The notes beneath the pieces were generated by a model. It was not told the origin of the DNA, did not search any database, and worked only from the letters and a program-made list of their open reading frames with translations. The translations under genes and the position numbers were made by a program. This document shows positions 18,123 to 26,747 of a DNA stretch of 37,177 nt, in pieces; position 1 is the first letter of the stretch; the number at the start of each line of letters is the position of its first letter. The DNA comes from a virus (taxonomy: Duplodnaviria > Caudoviricetes): IMG/VR virus record IMGVR_UViG_3300043423_000010, positions 1 to 37,177 of that record. One strand, written 5' to 3'.

Positions 18123-19622
18123 TTATGCAACCCGCGATAGGTTGCGGCGCAAAGGCTTGGACCATTGCTGCGCAGTATTGGCGCCGAACATCCCGACAGC
18201 AGCATCTGAGGCGAACGTCAGGACAAACGAGTCAGCCTTGTCTGGTGACTTCAGGCCGCGCTTACGGATGTCATCCTTGCTCTCAATCTGAATCTTGCCG
18301 TTGGACGTGAAGAAATAACGGACCGTAGCCAACTCCGCTACAAGCTCCTCATCCAGAGGAATACGACAGTCACGCGCCTCGAACCATGCTTTGCACTTGT
18401 ACCAAAGCTCGGCGCGTAGGTTTCTGTATGTCTGACCCATTGCAGGGGACTCACTCACGTTGATTCCGCGAACAGGCAAACCCAACTCACGCAGTCGGTC
18501 AACCACGCCAGCGCCCAAGCCAATGGAGTCAACCAGAATCTCATGGGGGCGTACAGATGACGGCAGGGCTTCCCACTCGGCAACCACTGCACCCGTCAGT
18601 TGCATCAAATCTAAGTTCTTCCAGACCTTGATGGGTTCAATCAAAGCGTTGCCCTGACGCTTGGCAAGGGTTGAACGGTCGCCACCAAAACGTGCAACGT
18701 CCAAGCCCCAGATCAGTTTGGCGTGTTGCGATGTCTCAACATCACGGTGTTTAGCTAGTTCCAGCAGCTCCATCGGGATGATGGTGTCGTCATCAGAACG
18801 TGGAAATTCGCCAAGGACACGAATACGGTAAGCGTTGGACTCCTCACCGTAACGAGCTTTCATCTCCTCAACGTAGGCTTCGGACACCCGTGGAGAGTCA
18901 ACGCAGGAAACCTTCATGGTTACCCAATCGCTGGCTAGACGGTTGTGGGTGTCGTAGAAGAAGCCAGACGAACGTACTGGGTTTCCTAACAGTAGAGTCA
19001 CAGCGTTGTGACCTGACATAGAGCCAGCCGCAGCCTCAAACACCTGTTCAGGAATACCAGATGCTTCGTCAGCAATCAGCATCACGTTGTCAGAGTGGAC
19101 ACCTTGCAAGGCTTCAGGCTGTTCGGCGCGGGATGTACGCGCTGACACGAAGGCTTCGGTTGCGGCTTCTTTCACCTCAATGCGATCTTGCTTGACTTCA
19201 AGCATGTCACGAAGTGTCGGTGGTAACTCCTTGACCCAACGCTTTAATTCCGCGAACAAAGCGTCATACAACTGGCTGGACGTGGGGGCTGTCACCACCA
19301 CCTTGACGGGGTAACGCAAAAGCAAATACCAGATGATTGCCCAACTTGCTCCTGTTGATTTACCAACACCGTGACCTGAACGGACAGAGATTCGTCGCTC
19401 ACCTTTGGCGATGTGGTTGAGCATAGTCTCTTGCCAAGTGTCAGGTGTTGTGTTCAATACCTCCTTGACGAATAGGACAGGATTGTTTCGGTATCGGGCT
19501 GTGAAGGCCACGAAAGGATTGTTGGCAATCTTTTCGTCCAGCTTTTTGGCAGCGTTGTCCACCAGCTCCTGTGTATCAGGGTGGAGCTTCTTGGTTTCTT
19601 TTGGTGTTGATTCTTTCGTCAT
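18123..19622 (-). CDS. terL: Terminase large subunit
   Basis: Walker A SGHGVGKS, Walker B LIADEA, LLGNP, nuclease GLDVARFGGD and SPDKAD. Confidence 0.95.
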   Translation of the reverse strand: MTKESTPKETKKLHPDTQELVDNAAKKLDEKIANNPFVAFTARYRNNPVLFVKEVLNTTPDTWQETMLNHIAKGERRISVRSGHGVGKSTGASWAIIWYLLLRYPVKVVVTAPTSSQLYDALFAELKRWVKELPPTLRDMLEVKQDRIEVKEAATEAFVSARTSRAEQPEALQGVHSDNVMLIADEASGIPEQVFEAAAGSMSGHNAVTLLLGNPVRSSGFFYDTHNRLASDWVTMKVSCVDSPRVSEAYVEEMKARYGEESNAYRIRVLGEFPRSDDDTIIPMELLELAKHRDVETSQHAKLIWGLDVARFGGDRSTLAKRQGNALIEPIKVWKNLDLMQLTGAVVAEWEALPSSVRPHEILVDSIGLGAGVVDRLRELGLPVRGINVSESPAMGQTYRNLRAELWYKCKAWFEARDCRIPLDEELVAELATVRYFFTSNGKIQIESKDDIRKRGLKSPDKADSFVLTFASDAAVGMFGANTAQQWSKPLRRNLSRVA

Positions 19623-19653
19623 GTTGGCATTGTGCCATCAAAGAATGTAATGG

Positions 19654-20045
19654 GTTGTTGGTGGCTGGTACTGAACTCCAGCTTTGTGCAGATCGGCAGA
19701 ACTACTCATTCAACTTCCGACTTGCGCATCAGTCTGCGCATCCACCAACACGGCTGAGGACTGAAGCCAGTTCCCGCTGGAGACTGTCTGCCAAAGCATC
19801 ATAGAAACAGCCTTTATCCGACAATCCTCATGCGTGTTAGTTGTTGGTGTCAGGTCGTGAACCCTGTATTCTTGATAGGCACATTCCTACCCATATCCAC
19901 CGCGAATCCGCAATGTCTCGTCCACCAACACGGCTGAGGATTGATTATCTTGAGTCGAACCAGACTTATCCGTAAAGGAATCGAACCTTCAACTCCGTCG
20001 AGTGGGCTAACCAAGCCTTCTCAGTCCTCATGCGTCTTGATGTAT
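19654..20045 (-). ncRNA. Putative structured RNA: two tandem units, each a conserved stem module plus a tRNA-like cloverleaf
   Basis: Exact repeats at 19741-19760/19921-19940, 19825-19835/20025-20035 and 19654-19663/19840-19849 that pair with each other; T-loop-like arms; G-U wobbles favour the minus strand. Confidence 0.7.
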
Positions 20046-20051
20046 TGGTCA

Positions 20052-20082
20052 AGTGTATCAGATTTTATTTTTTAAATTTTTT
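20052..20082 (-). promoter_or_regulatory. Putative extended -10 promoter for the RNA array
   Basis: TG-A-TACACT (20060-20052) preceded by A-tracts, about 15 nt upstream of the first stem. Confidence 0.5.
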
Positions 20083-20099
20083 GGACGGTTTCTTTAATA

Positions 20100-20400
20100 G
20101 CAGGGGGGTGTGGGTGGTGTAGTGGTAATTTTTTTTGGGATGCGTGTGGAGTTGCCAATGTACAGCCACCCCGCCGACACGCCCCCACGGGGGGGGTCAG
20201 AGCGGTCAGGCTGGCACGATTGCTGCATGGATTTACGAAGTGAATACTAAAGCGTGTACGTACTTTATACAATGTCCATTATGTAAAGTTGTTTCAGCGT
20301 TATCCACAGCTCATACACGCAATCCGTTGCATTGCTACAACAAAGCATATGAACTGTGGACAACTTGAACAACTTAGCTCAGTTTGTCTGTGGGTAACTC
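20100..20400. promoter_or_regulatory. Non-coding region after terS: G/C-run palindrome and DnaA boxes (candidate packaging site)
   Basis: CCCCCACGGGGGGGG at about 20182-20196; TTATCCACA at 20300-20308; one-mismatch inverted boxes at 20355-20363 and 20389-20397. Confidence 0.4.
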
Positions 20401-20808
20401 AGCTTCGATTACCTCACCATGTCGCAGCGCATCGAGCCGCAAATTAGCCAGATTGACCGTAACGCTTGGCATCTTGTTCTGTGCGTACGCTGCTGAATTC
20501 CAGCGTTCAGCTACCCATTGGCGCGTTTGGACTCGTAAACGAGCCTTATTTACTTCACTTATGTCCGTTTCATCTGCAATTTCAATCGTTTGACTTACAA
20601 GAGCGTCAGCGGCTCGTGCGCGTGTACGCGTGAGGAACGACTCCTGTTCTGGACGGTCAAGCCATTCCGTCAATGCTTTTTTGCTCACGCCAAGCTGCAT
20701 ACAGATGCGAGTCTCGGACATACCAGCCTCGAACATCGTTTGAATCTGCTCAATCGGCAACGTATCGAGCAAAGCCAAGTCGTGATGCTTCTTTTTATTA
20801 CCAGCCAT
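20374..20808 (-). CDS. terS: Terminase small subunit
   Basis: N-terminal HTH (MSETRICMQLGVSKKALTEW), RARAADALV..TIEIAD..ARLRVQTRQWVAER; AGGAGG RBS; upstream of terL. Confidence 0.8.
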   Translation of the reverse strand: MAGNKKKHHDLALLDTLPIEQIQTMFEAGMSETRICMQLGVSKKALTEWLDRPEQESFLTRTRARAADALVSQTIEIADETDISEVNKARLRVQTRQWVAERWNSAAYAQNKMPSVTVNLANLRLDALRHGEVIEAELPTDKLS

Positions 20809-20876
20809 TTAAACCTCCTAGAATCAATTATTACCATTCATGGCTACCTAGCCATTAACAACACATTTAAATTGCT

Positions 20877-21554
20877 TTAAAGTGCCTTCTGCTTCGTTTT
20901 AGAGCCATACACAGACGTGTCAAACACCTTAGCCATACGAGAACCATCTAAAACGCCATCATCAGACGGCATATCCTCCAAACCAGTAGCTCCACCATCA
21001 GGAAACTTGTTAGCTGGCTTGTCCAATCTGACCATCTGAGCTTGTGGATGCAAACGCTTCAAAGCCATAGTTTCCTTGACCACTTCAGCGTTCATCACCA
21101 GCTCAAGCTCCTCCATGCACCAGATGTGTCTACGCTCATCGTGACCAGCAAACTGGTCAAAGTGCAGCGCATCCTCATAAGTCTCCACCACAACCATGAT
21201 TGAGCCGTCCTGCATCTGATACTGGCAATGCTTCACCTCGGGCATTTGTCTAACGCCAGTTGTAACAGCCCACTGCTCCAGCGCTGCATAAGCCTTCTTC
21301 ATGCCTTCCACTGCTTTGGTCAACCTAACCTCGTCCCTCATCTTCTGTGCAGCGTAGATTCTTTCCGACTGCATCCAGAACTTGGTTCGGAACTCCTCAT
21401 CCACCAACCCAATCAACCGACTGATACCCCACTTCTTTTCGTGCGCTTGTTGAACGTTAAGAAGTTCAATCAACTTACTTCGCATGAACAACTCAAACGG
21501 GTCTGCTGGAATACTTGGCTGCTCAACCTTCTTTTTTATCTGCCTTGTTGCCAC
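20877..21554 (-). CDS. Hypothetical protein
   Basis: 225 aa, GTG start with AAGGAG RBS. Confidence 0.75.
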   Translation of the reverse strand: MATRQIKKKVEQPSIPADPFELFMRSKLIELLNVQQAHEKKWGISRLIGLVDEEFRTKFWMQSERIYAAQKMRDEVRLTKAVEGMKKAYAALEQWAVTTGVRQMPEVKHCQYQMQDGSIMVVVETYEDALHFDQFAGHDERRHIWCMEELELVMNAEVVKETMALKRLHPQAQMVRLDKPANKFPDGGATGLEDMPSDDGVLDGSRMAKVFDTSVYGSKTKQKAL

Positions 21555-21594
21555 AAATCTCTCCTTACACTTTTCTTACAAATAATCCACGTTT

Positions 21595-21715
21595 CGTCTG
21601 CCGTCTCGTCCACATATGGGTGTGTCTTATAGACCCACACCCCATATGTAGACGCTTAGACGGTCTACAAATGGCGTCTACATATGTAGACATATGTAGA
21701 CCATATGTAGACGCT
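21595..21715. repeat. Iteron/palindrome cluster, candidate replication origin
   Basis: CATATGTAGAC at 21643, 21681, 21691 and 21702, with inverted copies; imperfect inverted repeat 21608-21653; directly after the primase-helicase gene. Confidence 0.7.
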
Positions 21716-23772
21716 CATTTGAATGGAATAACCTTCCGATCGAACTCACCAGAGCCGTCATGGTCATCAAACATCGCCCAACACCAATCACCATGAACAG
21801 CAACTTTTTCTGCATTTTGGAGTTGAGTCTTAACGCGCCACCATAACTTCCTGAAATCTTCAGCCTCCATATCGCTGCCGCAAGACGCTTTGAACTCATC
21901 GCGCCACTGGTCAACCTTGATTGCTTTGTTTCTCATTCCGTTGATGTTCTCCATCATTCCGAACTTTTTGATGGCTGCATGGAGCGATCTCAGCGCGTTG
22001 GAGTTGTTAGTTCCAAGCCCTGATCTTGTTGGTGGTGGAACAGCATCCTTCCTGCTTCGGTTTACATCCATCTCGTTGTCCACTTCCACGGCTAACGAGC
22101 TTACTGAATCGAACCCCAAAAGTGTTGTGGATAACTCCACCGTAATCATCTGGAAACCGTACCTTTGACCATCCTCACCGTCCTTCTGTTTGGATATGTG
22201 CAGGATGCCTTTGGGTGCGTCCTCAATACGGATGATCTCCAGCTCGGTGTCAACTGCACCTAATAGGCTGCTGTGACCACGCAATCCTTTGGTGGCATCC
22301 TTACCAGCGTGATGGACTACCAGCAATGCACAGTTGTACCGTCCTTGGATTGCGCCAGCCGCTGTGATGAAGGCTCCCATGTCTTCTGACGCGTTCTCAT
22401 TGCCACCACCGAAGGCTCTGGCTAGCGTGTCAATGACTACGAGTTCAAACTGGATGTCGTGCGTTGCTTGGATGTCATCCACGGCTTGAATCAGGTCTTG
22501 GATGTCGGTTGCGCTGCTTCGTAGGTTGATCTGTTTGCGTAAGAAGAACACTGGCGCACCCGCTGGTGTGTTGTGATGCTTCTTCATGGCCTTGATACGC
22601 GCACCGATACCACCGTGACCCTCACCAGCAATGTAAAGCACTGCACCTTGATGCTTGACTTCTTTAGTCAAGAATTCCCTGCCAGTTGCAATGCACTCAG
22701 CAATATCCAAAGCCACGAATGACTTGAATGATGCTGGTGGCGCGTACAGCGCGACAAACGCCTTCTTTGGAATCACGCCTTCGATGAGCCATTCCACAGG
22801 CTCGTCATCAATGTCGTCCAACTGCTCAATCTTGAAGGGTTGACGTTGATTCAGTTGAACTGACAAGGAATCCTTGACAGTTACCGAGGAATCCTCGGTA
22901 ACTGTTGCTTTTTCCTCTGCCTCGCTGAACCGTTCAGGTATCGTTACGTCATCCTCTGATGTGATCTTGTCAGTGTTCTTTGTCAGCGCCGCCAAGTCCT
23001 GCTTGTCATAGCCGTACCTGTTCACGTACTCGTACGCATCTTCCTTGATGTCATCCAATGGCAAGTCCACGACTCGGATGGAGTTGGTGACGTTCTTGAG
23101 TGCTTTGACCGCCTTCTTCGCGTACTCCCAACCAACCTTGTCGTTGTCTGGCAGGATGACCACGTTCAGGCCAGCGAAATACTGAATTGCATCCTCTGGG
23201 AAGCTGCTTGCGCCTTGGTGCGTACACGTTGCCACCACACCGATTGTCTTCAGAGCATCCGCGGCTTTCTCGCCTTCCGTCAGGAATACCGTTCGGTTGT
23301 TTTGTCTGGCTGCTTCGACTTCAGGTAAGTTGTACGGAACGATCTTTGCGCCAGTGATTGACATATGGCGCTTGCCATGTTCGTCCACCCTAATTTGCTT
23401 GTACGTCTTGCCCTTAGAGTCGTTGGTTTTGTAACGCTGCTTGATGAACAGCGTCACACCGTCCTCGTCCGTGTAGTGCCATTCATGCTCAAGAGTTGGT
23501 GCTTCAAACGGTTTGATGGATGCCAAGAGTTCAGCGCGTGGCTCCAAGTCTGGCAAGAGTCCATAGTCCTTGACAGCATTGAACACGTCATGCTGCTCAC
23601 ATCCACCGTGGCACTTGAACAGCGGCTTACCGTCAGCACCGTCAGTGATTGAAAGGCTTGGATTCCTGTCACCGTTTCCTTGCCCATGAGTTGGCAATGG
23701 GCAACTCGCCAGCCAACTGCCGTTGACCTTCTTCGCGTTGCCTAGCGCCTTTGCTATTTGTTCGGCTTGCAT
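21715..23772 (-). CDS. Primase-helicase (Zn-binding + TOPRIM + RepA/AAA_25 helicase)
   Basis: CPLPTH..CHGGC, TEGEKAAD, PDND, Walker A APPASFKS, VVIDT and VHHAGKD..GLRGHSSL. Confidence 0.92.
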   Translation of the reverse strand: MQAEQIAKALGNAKKVNGSWLASCPLPTHGQGNGDRNPSLSITDGADGKPLFKCHGGCEQHDVFNAVKDYGLLPDLEPRAELLASIKPFEAPTLEHEWHYTDEDGVTLFIKQRYKTNDSKGKTYKQIRVDEHGKRHMSITGAKIVPYNLPEVEAARQNNRTVFLTEGEKAADALKTIGVVATCTHQGASSFPEDAIQYFAGLNVVILPDNDKVGWEYAKKAVKALKNVTNSIRVVDLPLDDIKEDAYEYVNRYGYDKQDLAALTKNTDKITSEDDVTIPERFSEAEEKATVTEDSSVTVKDSLSVQLNQRQPFKIEQLDDIDDEPVEWLIEGVIPKKAFVALYAPPASFKSFVALDIAECIATGREFLTKEVKHQGAVLYIAGEGHGGIGARIKAMKKHHNTPAGAPVFFLRKQINLRSSATDIQDLIQAVDDIQATHDIQFELVVIDTLARAFGGGNENASEDMGAFITAAGAIQGRYNCALLVVHHAGKDATKGLRGHSSLLGAVDTELEIIRIEDAPKGILHISKQKDGEDGQRYGFQMITVELSTTLLGFDSVSSLAVEVDNEMDVNRSRKDAVPPPTRSGLGTNNSNALRSLHAAIKKFGMMENINGMRNKAIKVDQWRDEFKASCGSDMEAEDFRKLWWRVKTQLQNAEKVAVHGDWCWAMFDDHDGSGEFDRKVIPFK

Positions 23773-24078
23773 TTACAAAACCTCTGCTGATTTCAGCTTG
23801 CCTGTCTCACCGTCAAATGTGACTTTGATGTGGTCATCTAATTCTTTGAGCTTTGTAAAACTAGCATTCAATACCATGTGACCAATGTCATTACTAAATA
23901 CGCCGTAGTAAACATAGTCAGCTTTTGGCTTGATGCGGTAATTCCATGAATCACATTCCATCCAATGACCATCAGTAAATGGATGCCAACCTTTTTTTAA
24001 GTGTTCTTCTTCAATCTCAGCGCCATCAGCCCAAGCCTTGATGAGTTCTGCGTGTTTGTGTGGCTTATTCATCGTCAT
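23773..24078 (-). CDS. Hypothetical protein
   Basis: KPHKHAELIKAWADGAEIE...YRIKP...FDGETGKLKSAEVL; abuts the primase start. Confidence 0.7.
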   Translation of the reverse strand: MTMNKPHKHAELIKAWADGAEIEEEHLKKGWHPFTDGHWMECDSWNYRIKPKADYVYYGVFSNDIGHMVLNASFTKLKELDDHIKVTFDGETGKLKSAEVL

Positions 24079-24181
24079 ATCCTTCTTCTTCTAGTGTTTC
24101 AATACGTTGCTCCAATTCATAGACCCTTTGAGCCAATGCAATTACGAGCAACTCCAAAAATTCTTCGTTTAGTATTTTCAT
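24065..24181 (-). CDS. Small hypothetical protein (not in ORF track)
   Basis: MKILNEEFLELLVIALAQRVYELEQRIETLEEEGYDDE (38 aa); fills the gap and supplies the next gene's RBS. Confidence 0.5.
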   Translation of the reverse strand: MKILNEEFLELLVIALAQRVYELEQRIETLEEEGYDDE

Positions 24182-24187
24182 AGAGAC

Positions 24188-24220
24188 AAAAAAACGGGAC
24201 CGCCGTTAAGCAGCCCCGTC
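24188..24220 (-). terminator. Rho-independent terminator
   Basis: ACGGGGCUGC-UUAACG-GCGGUCCCGU followed by a U-tract. Confidence 0.8.
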
Positions 24221-24232
24221 TTTTCTTTCACG

Positions 24233-24439
24233 TCAATATGACATCGCTTGTTGAATGTCGCGGATGCGCATCTTCAACAATGGAGCCATAGTTTCTTTTG
24301 AAGAATTCAAACGTGCAATCTCTGACTCGTGATAACGAATCTTTGCATCAATGTTTTCTTCAACAGTTGGATTGCGATCAATTTCATTCGCATAAGCAAG
24401 TTTTGCTTGTGCTTCAATAGGATAGCCACGATCAATCAT
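24233..24439 (-). CDS. Hypothetical protein
   Basis: 68 aa starting MIDRGYP behind AAGGAGAA. Confidence 0.65.
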   Translation of the reverse strand: MIDRGYPIEAQAKLAYANEIDRNPTVEENIDAKIRYHESEIARLNSSKETMAPLLKMRIRDIQQAMSY

Positions 24440-24449
24440 TTGATTCTCC

Positions 24450-25037
24450 TTAGAACATCTCGTCTTCTTCAACAGCTTGCGCTGCTGCTGACTTCGGTGC
24501 TGGAGCTGCTTGTGCAACTGCACCTGATGCCGTGAACTGCTGTTCGCCGTCATCTTGCGCTTGCACAGAGTCCATACCAGCAGGGCGCTCAATCCAGCTC
24601 ACGATGTTGAAGGCTGGTACACGGGTTGTGCCTTTACCAATCTTCTCCAACTTCGCGCCTGTGTACTCAATCACTGGCAACTTACCAGCGTTGGCTGCGC
24701 GTTGTGATGAGACTGCGTTGTAGAGTGCTTCAAGTCCCATGTTAGGACCGACACCGTTAGATGACCACTCAACTAAGCCCATTTCCTTGTTGTAGAACTT
24801 CACAAGAAAACCGCGCTTGTGGTCTGGTGAAGGCTGTTTGCCCTTCTGACCCAAGGCTGCATCAGGCAACCATTCGCGTTGACCAGTAACAAGCAACAGC
24901 CAACCTGTTTGCACGTTGTCGCAATCGAACACAACCTTCTTGAGTTGGATTTCGCCTTCGCTGTTTGTCCATGCGTTGGCTTGTGGAGAGAAGCGGATGT
25001 AGTTGCCACCGCCAGAGGATGATGAGAGATTAAGCAT
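24450..25037 (-). CDS. Putative ssDNA-binding protein
   Basis: Beta-rich core, Ala-rich linker, acidic tail ending in Phe (VEEDEMF); between nuclease and primase. Confidence 0.6.
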   Translation of the reverse strand: MLNLSSSSGGGNYIRFSPQANAWTNSEGEIQLKKVVFDCDNVQTGWLLLVTGQREWLPDAALGQKGKQPSPDHKRGFLVKFYNKEMGLVEWSSNGVGPNMGLEALYNAVSSQRAANAGKLPVIEYTGAKLEKIGKGTTRVPAFNIVSWIERPAGMDSVQAQDDGEQQFTASGAVAQAAPAPKSAAAQAVEEDEMF

Positions 25038-25086
25038 TTGCTTTTTGCCTTTCAGAGTTATGAGTCAAACGACTCGGGGGTTTGGA

Positions 25087-26157
25087 TTATTGCGCAAGTC
25101 CGACAGCTCTCGCAAGTGTCAGACCCGAAGATTCTTTTTTAGTGATGTCATCAAGCAACGCTTTGTCTTCTTTTGACAACAACTTACTGGCTTCTGACGG
25201 GCTAATTAGTTCAGTTTTGTAAACTGACATTGCATCAACCCCATGGGAAGTTAGGAAGCGAACAATGTCTTCTTCTTCAGCAGCCCACTTACGCAGTGCG
25301 CGTTTGGGTTGCATCTGCCAGCCACGAACAATTGCACCGCCTTCGATACGCTCTGTGGCGTACTTGCGCAGTGCTTTGATGTAGTCCTCGACAGCATCAA
25401 CCTTTGCAAGCATTACTGCCAGCTCGTCTTCTGTCATCGTGTGCATTGCTGGCTGCGCTGCCACTTCGTTGAATGTTTCAACGTGCGCAGGGCAAGTTGC
25501 TTTGGCTGGACACCACTGACACGCCTTCTCTGATGGTGTTGGTATTGTTGTGCCTTCAGCGATTGCCACCAATGCTGGTGTCAGGTTCTCCAACGCCCAC
25601 TGATTCAATTCTTTGAAGGTCAACTTGTGAGTGCGCGGCTCGCCGTGATGCGGCTGGATGATTGCAAGTTCGATGTTGCGGAACTCTGCCTTCAACGAGC
25701 GCATCGCGCCAATGGCGTACAGCTTCATCTGGTCTGAATCTGCATCCACATAATTACGGCCCGTCTTCAAGTCTGCAATGACCAGCGTGTCCTTCTCGTC
25801 AGAGTAGGCCATCACGTCAGCAGTGCCGCCAAGCTCAACCTTGTCTGACTCGTAGATGGTGACGTACTGTTCAACCTTTAACGTGCCAAGACGCAGCTCC
25901 AAGTCACGGATGTGGTTGACGTGCTGCTGCGCAAAGTCCGCATTGATTGACGTGATGGTGATGCCTTCAACTTCCTTTCCGATGAAGTCCGTTGGCGACA
26001 CACCCGTCAAGATGCAAGTCTCAGCAACAGCGTGAATCGCTGTGCCGATCTGCGCTGCTTCTCCTGCTGGTTGGTAAGGTATGCCTTCGCACAACTTCAC
26101 TGATGCAGGGCAGTTAATCCAGCGTGATGCTGCTGATGGTCTTAGTTTGATTTTCAT
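25087..26157 (-). CDS. DUF2800 / Cas4-like PD-(D/E)xK nuclease
   Basis: PSAASRWINCPAS, GTAIH, GGTAD..IADLKTG, QMKLYA and CQWCPAKATC; start moved to MKIKL. Confidence 0.85.
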   Translation of the reverse strand: MKIKLRPSAASRWINCPASVKLCEGIPYQPAGEAAQIGTAIHAVAETCILTGVSPTDFIGKEVEGITITSINADFAQQHVNHIRDLELRLGTLKVEQYVTIYESDKVELGGTADVMAYSDEKDTLVIADLKTGRNYVDADSDQMKLYAIGAMRSLKAEFRNIELAIIQPHHGEPRTHKLTFKELNQWALENLTPALVAIAEGTTIPTPSEKACQWCPAKATCPAHVETFNEVAAQPAMHTMTEDELAVMLAKVDAVEDYIKALRKYATERIEGGAIVRGWQMQPKRALRKWAAEEEDIVRFLTSHGVDAMSVYKTELISPSEASKLLSKEDKALLDDITKKESSGLTLARAVGLAQ

Positions 26158-26161
26158 GGTT

Positions 26162-26383
26162 TCACTTTCTGTTGTATGAATTTTTTTCTTGCTCAAGTTC
26201 TTGGCTGAACAGCATATAGATTGCTGCTCGTATCTCCTGCGGCACTGCCCAACCGCATACGTCAGGGTTCAACATATCGCTCAAGATGGTGTCACGCGCT
26301 CTTACTTTTACCTGTGTGCGTTGCAGCTCATCAGTTAGCCAATTGATGTGGTCACGTGCAACTTCAATTTCTGTTTTGTTCAT
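26162..26383 (-). CDS. Hypothetical protein
   Basis: 73 aa, AAGGTG RBS. Confidence 0.6.
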   Translation of the reverse strand: MNKTEIEVARDHINWLTDELQRTQVKVRARDTILSDMLNPDVCGWAVPQEIRAAIYMLFSQELEQEKNSYNRK

Positions 26384-26451
26384 GCTTCACCTTAACAACA
26401 AATATATGTACGCAACAAAAGCAATAGTCAAGCAAATAGCTTGTATGTCAC

Positions 26452-26745
26452 TCATGCTTCACCCTTTTTTCTAATTGCATCTGTTACATCTTGTCTTACG
26501 TTCCAAGGCTGTTTATGTTTTACCAATGCAATCCAAGCCTTTTCTGCGCATGACTCAATAGCAAGATCAACAAAATGTGGTGGAACCCATGTGTAAATTA
26601 TTTCCTCGCGTAATTCTTGTCTGGCTTTGTCTGCTACCAGTTTGGCAAAGTCTTCAATAAGTTCAGTCAACGCCGTTTCCCTGCCACCATATTGGTTGAT
26701 AAGTCCAGCCTCTTTAGCCATCTCAATGATTTCATCTTGTTTCAT
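26452..26745 (-). CDS. Hypothetical protein
   Basis: Starts MKQDEIIEMAKEAGL..FAKLVA, a common phage accessory N-terminus. Confidence 0.6.
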   Translation of the reverse strand: MKQDEIIEMAKEAGLINQYGGRETALTELIEDFAKLVADKARQELREEIIYTWVPPHFVDLAIESCAEKAWIALVKHKQPWNVRQDVTDAIRKKGEA

Positions 26746-26747
26746 AT

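Noticed and set aside
19741-19940. 20-bp direct repeat as a mini-CRISPR array
   Set aside because: Only two copies, a 160-nt structured spacer, and no cas operon; the repeats are halves of RNA stems.
19657-20020. Canonical tRNA genes
   Set aside because: No proper 7-nt anticodon loop, non-standard D-arm and T-loop sizes in B modules, and no CCA at the expected position.
25087-26157. Cas4 as evidence of a CRISPR-Cas system
   Set aside because: Stand-alone DUF2800-type nuclease in a replication/recombination operon, common in phages.
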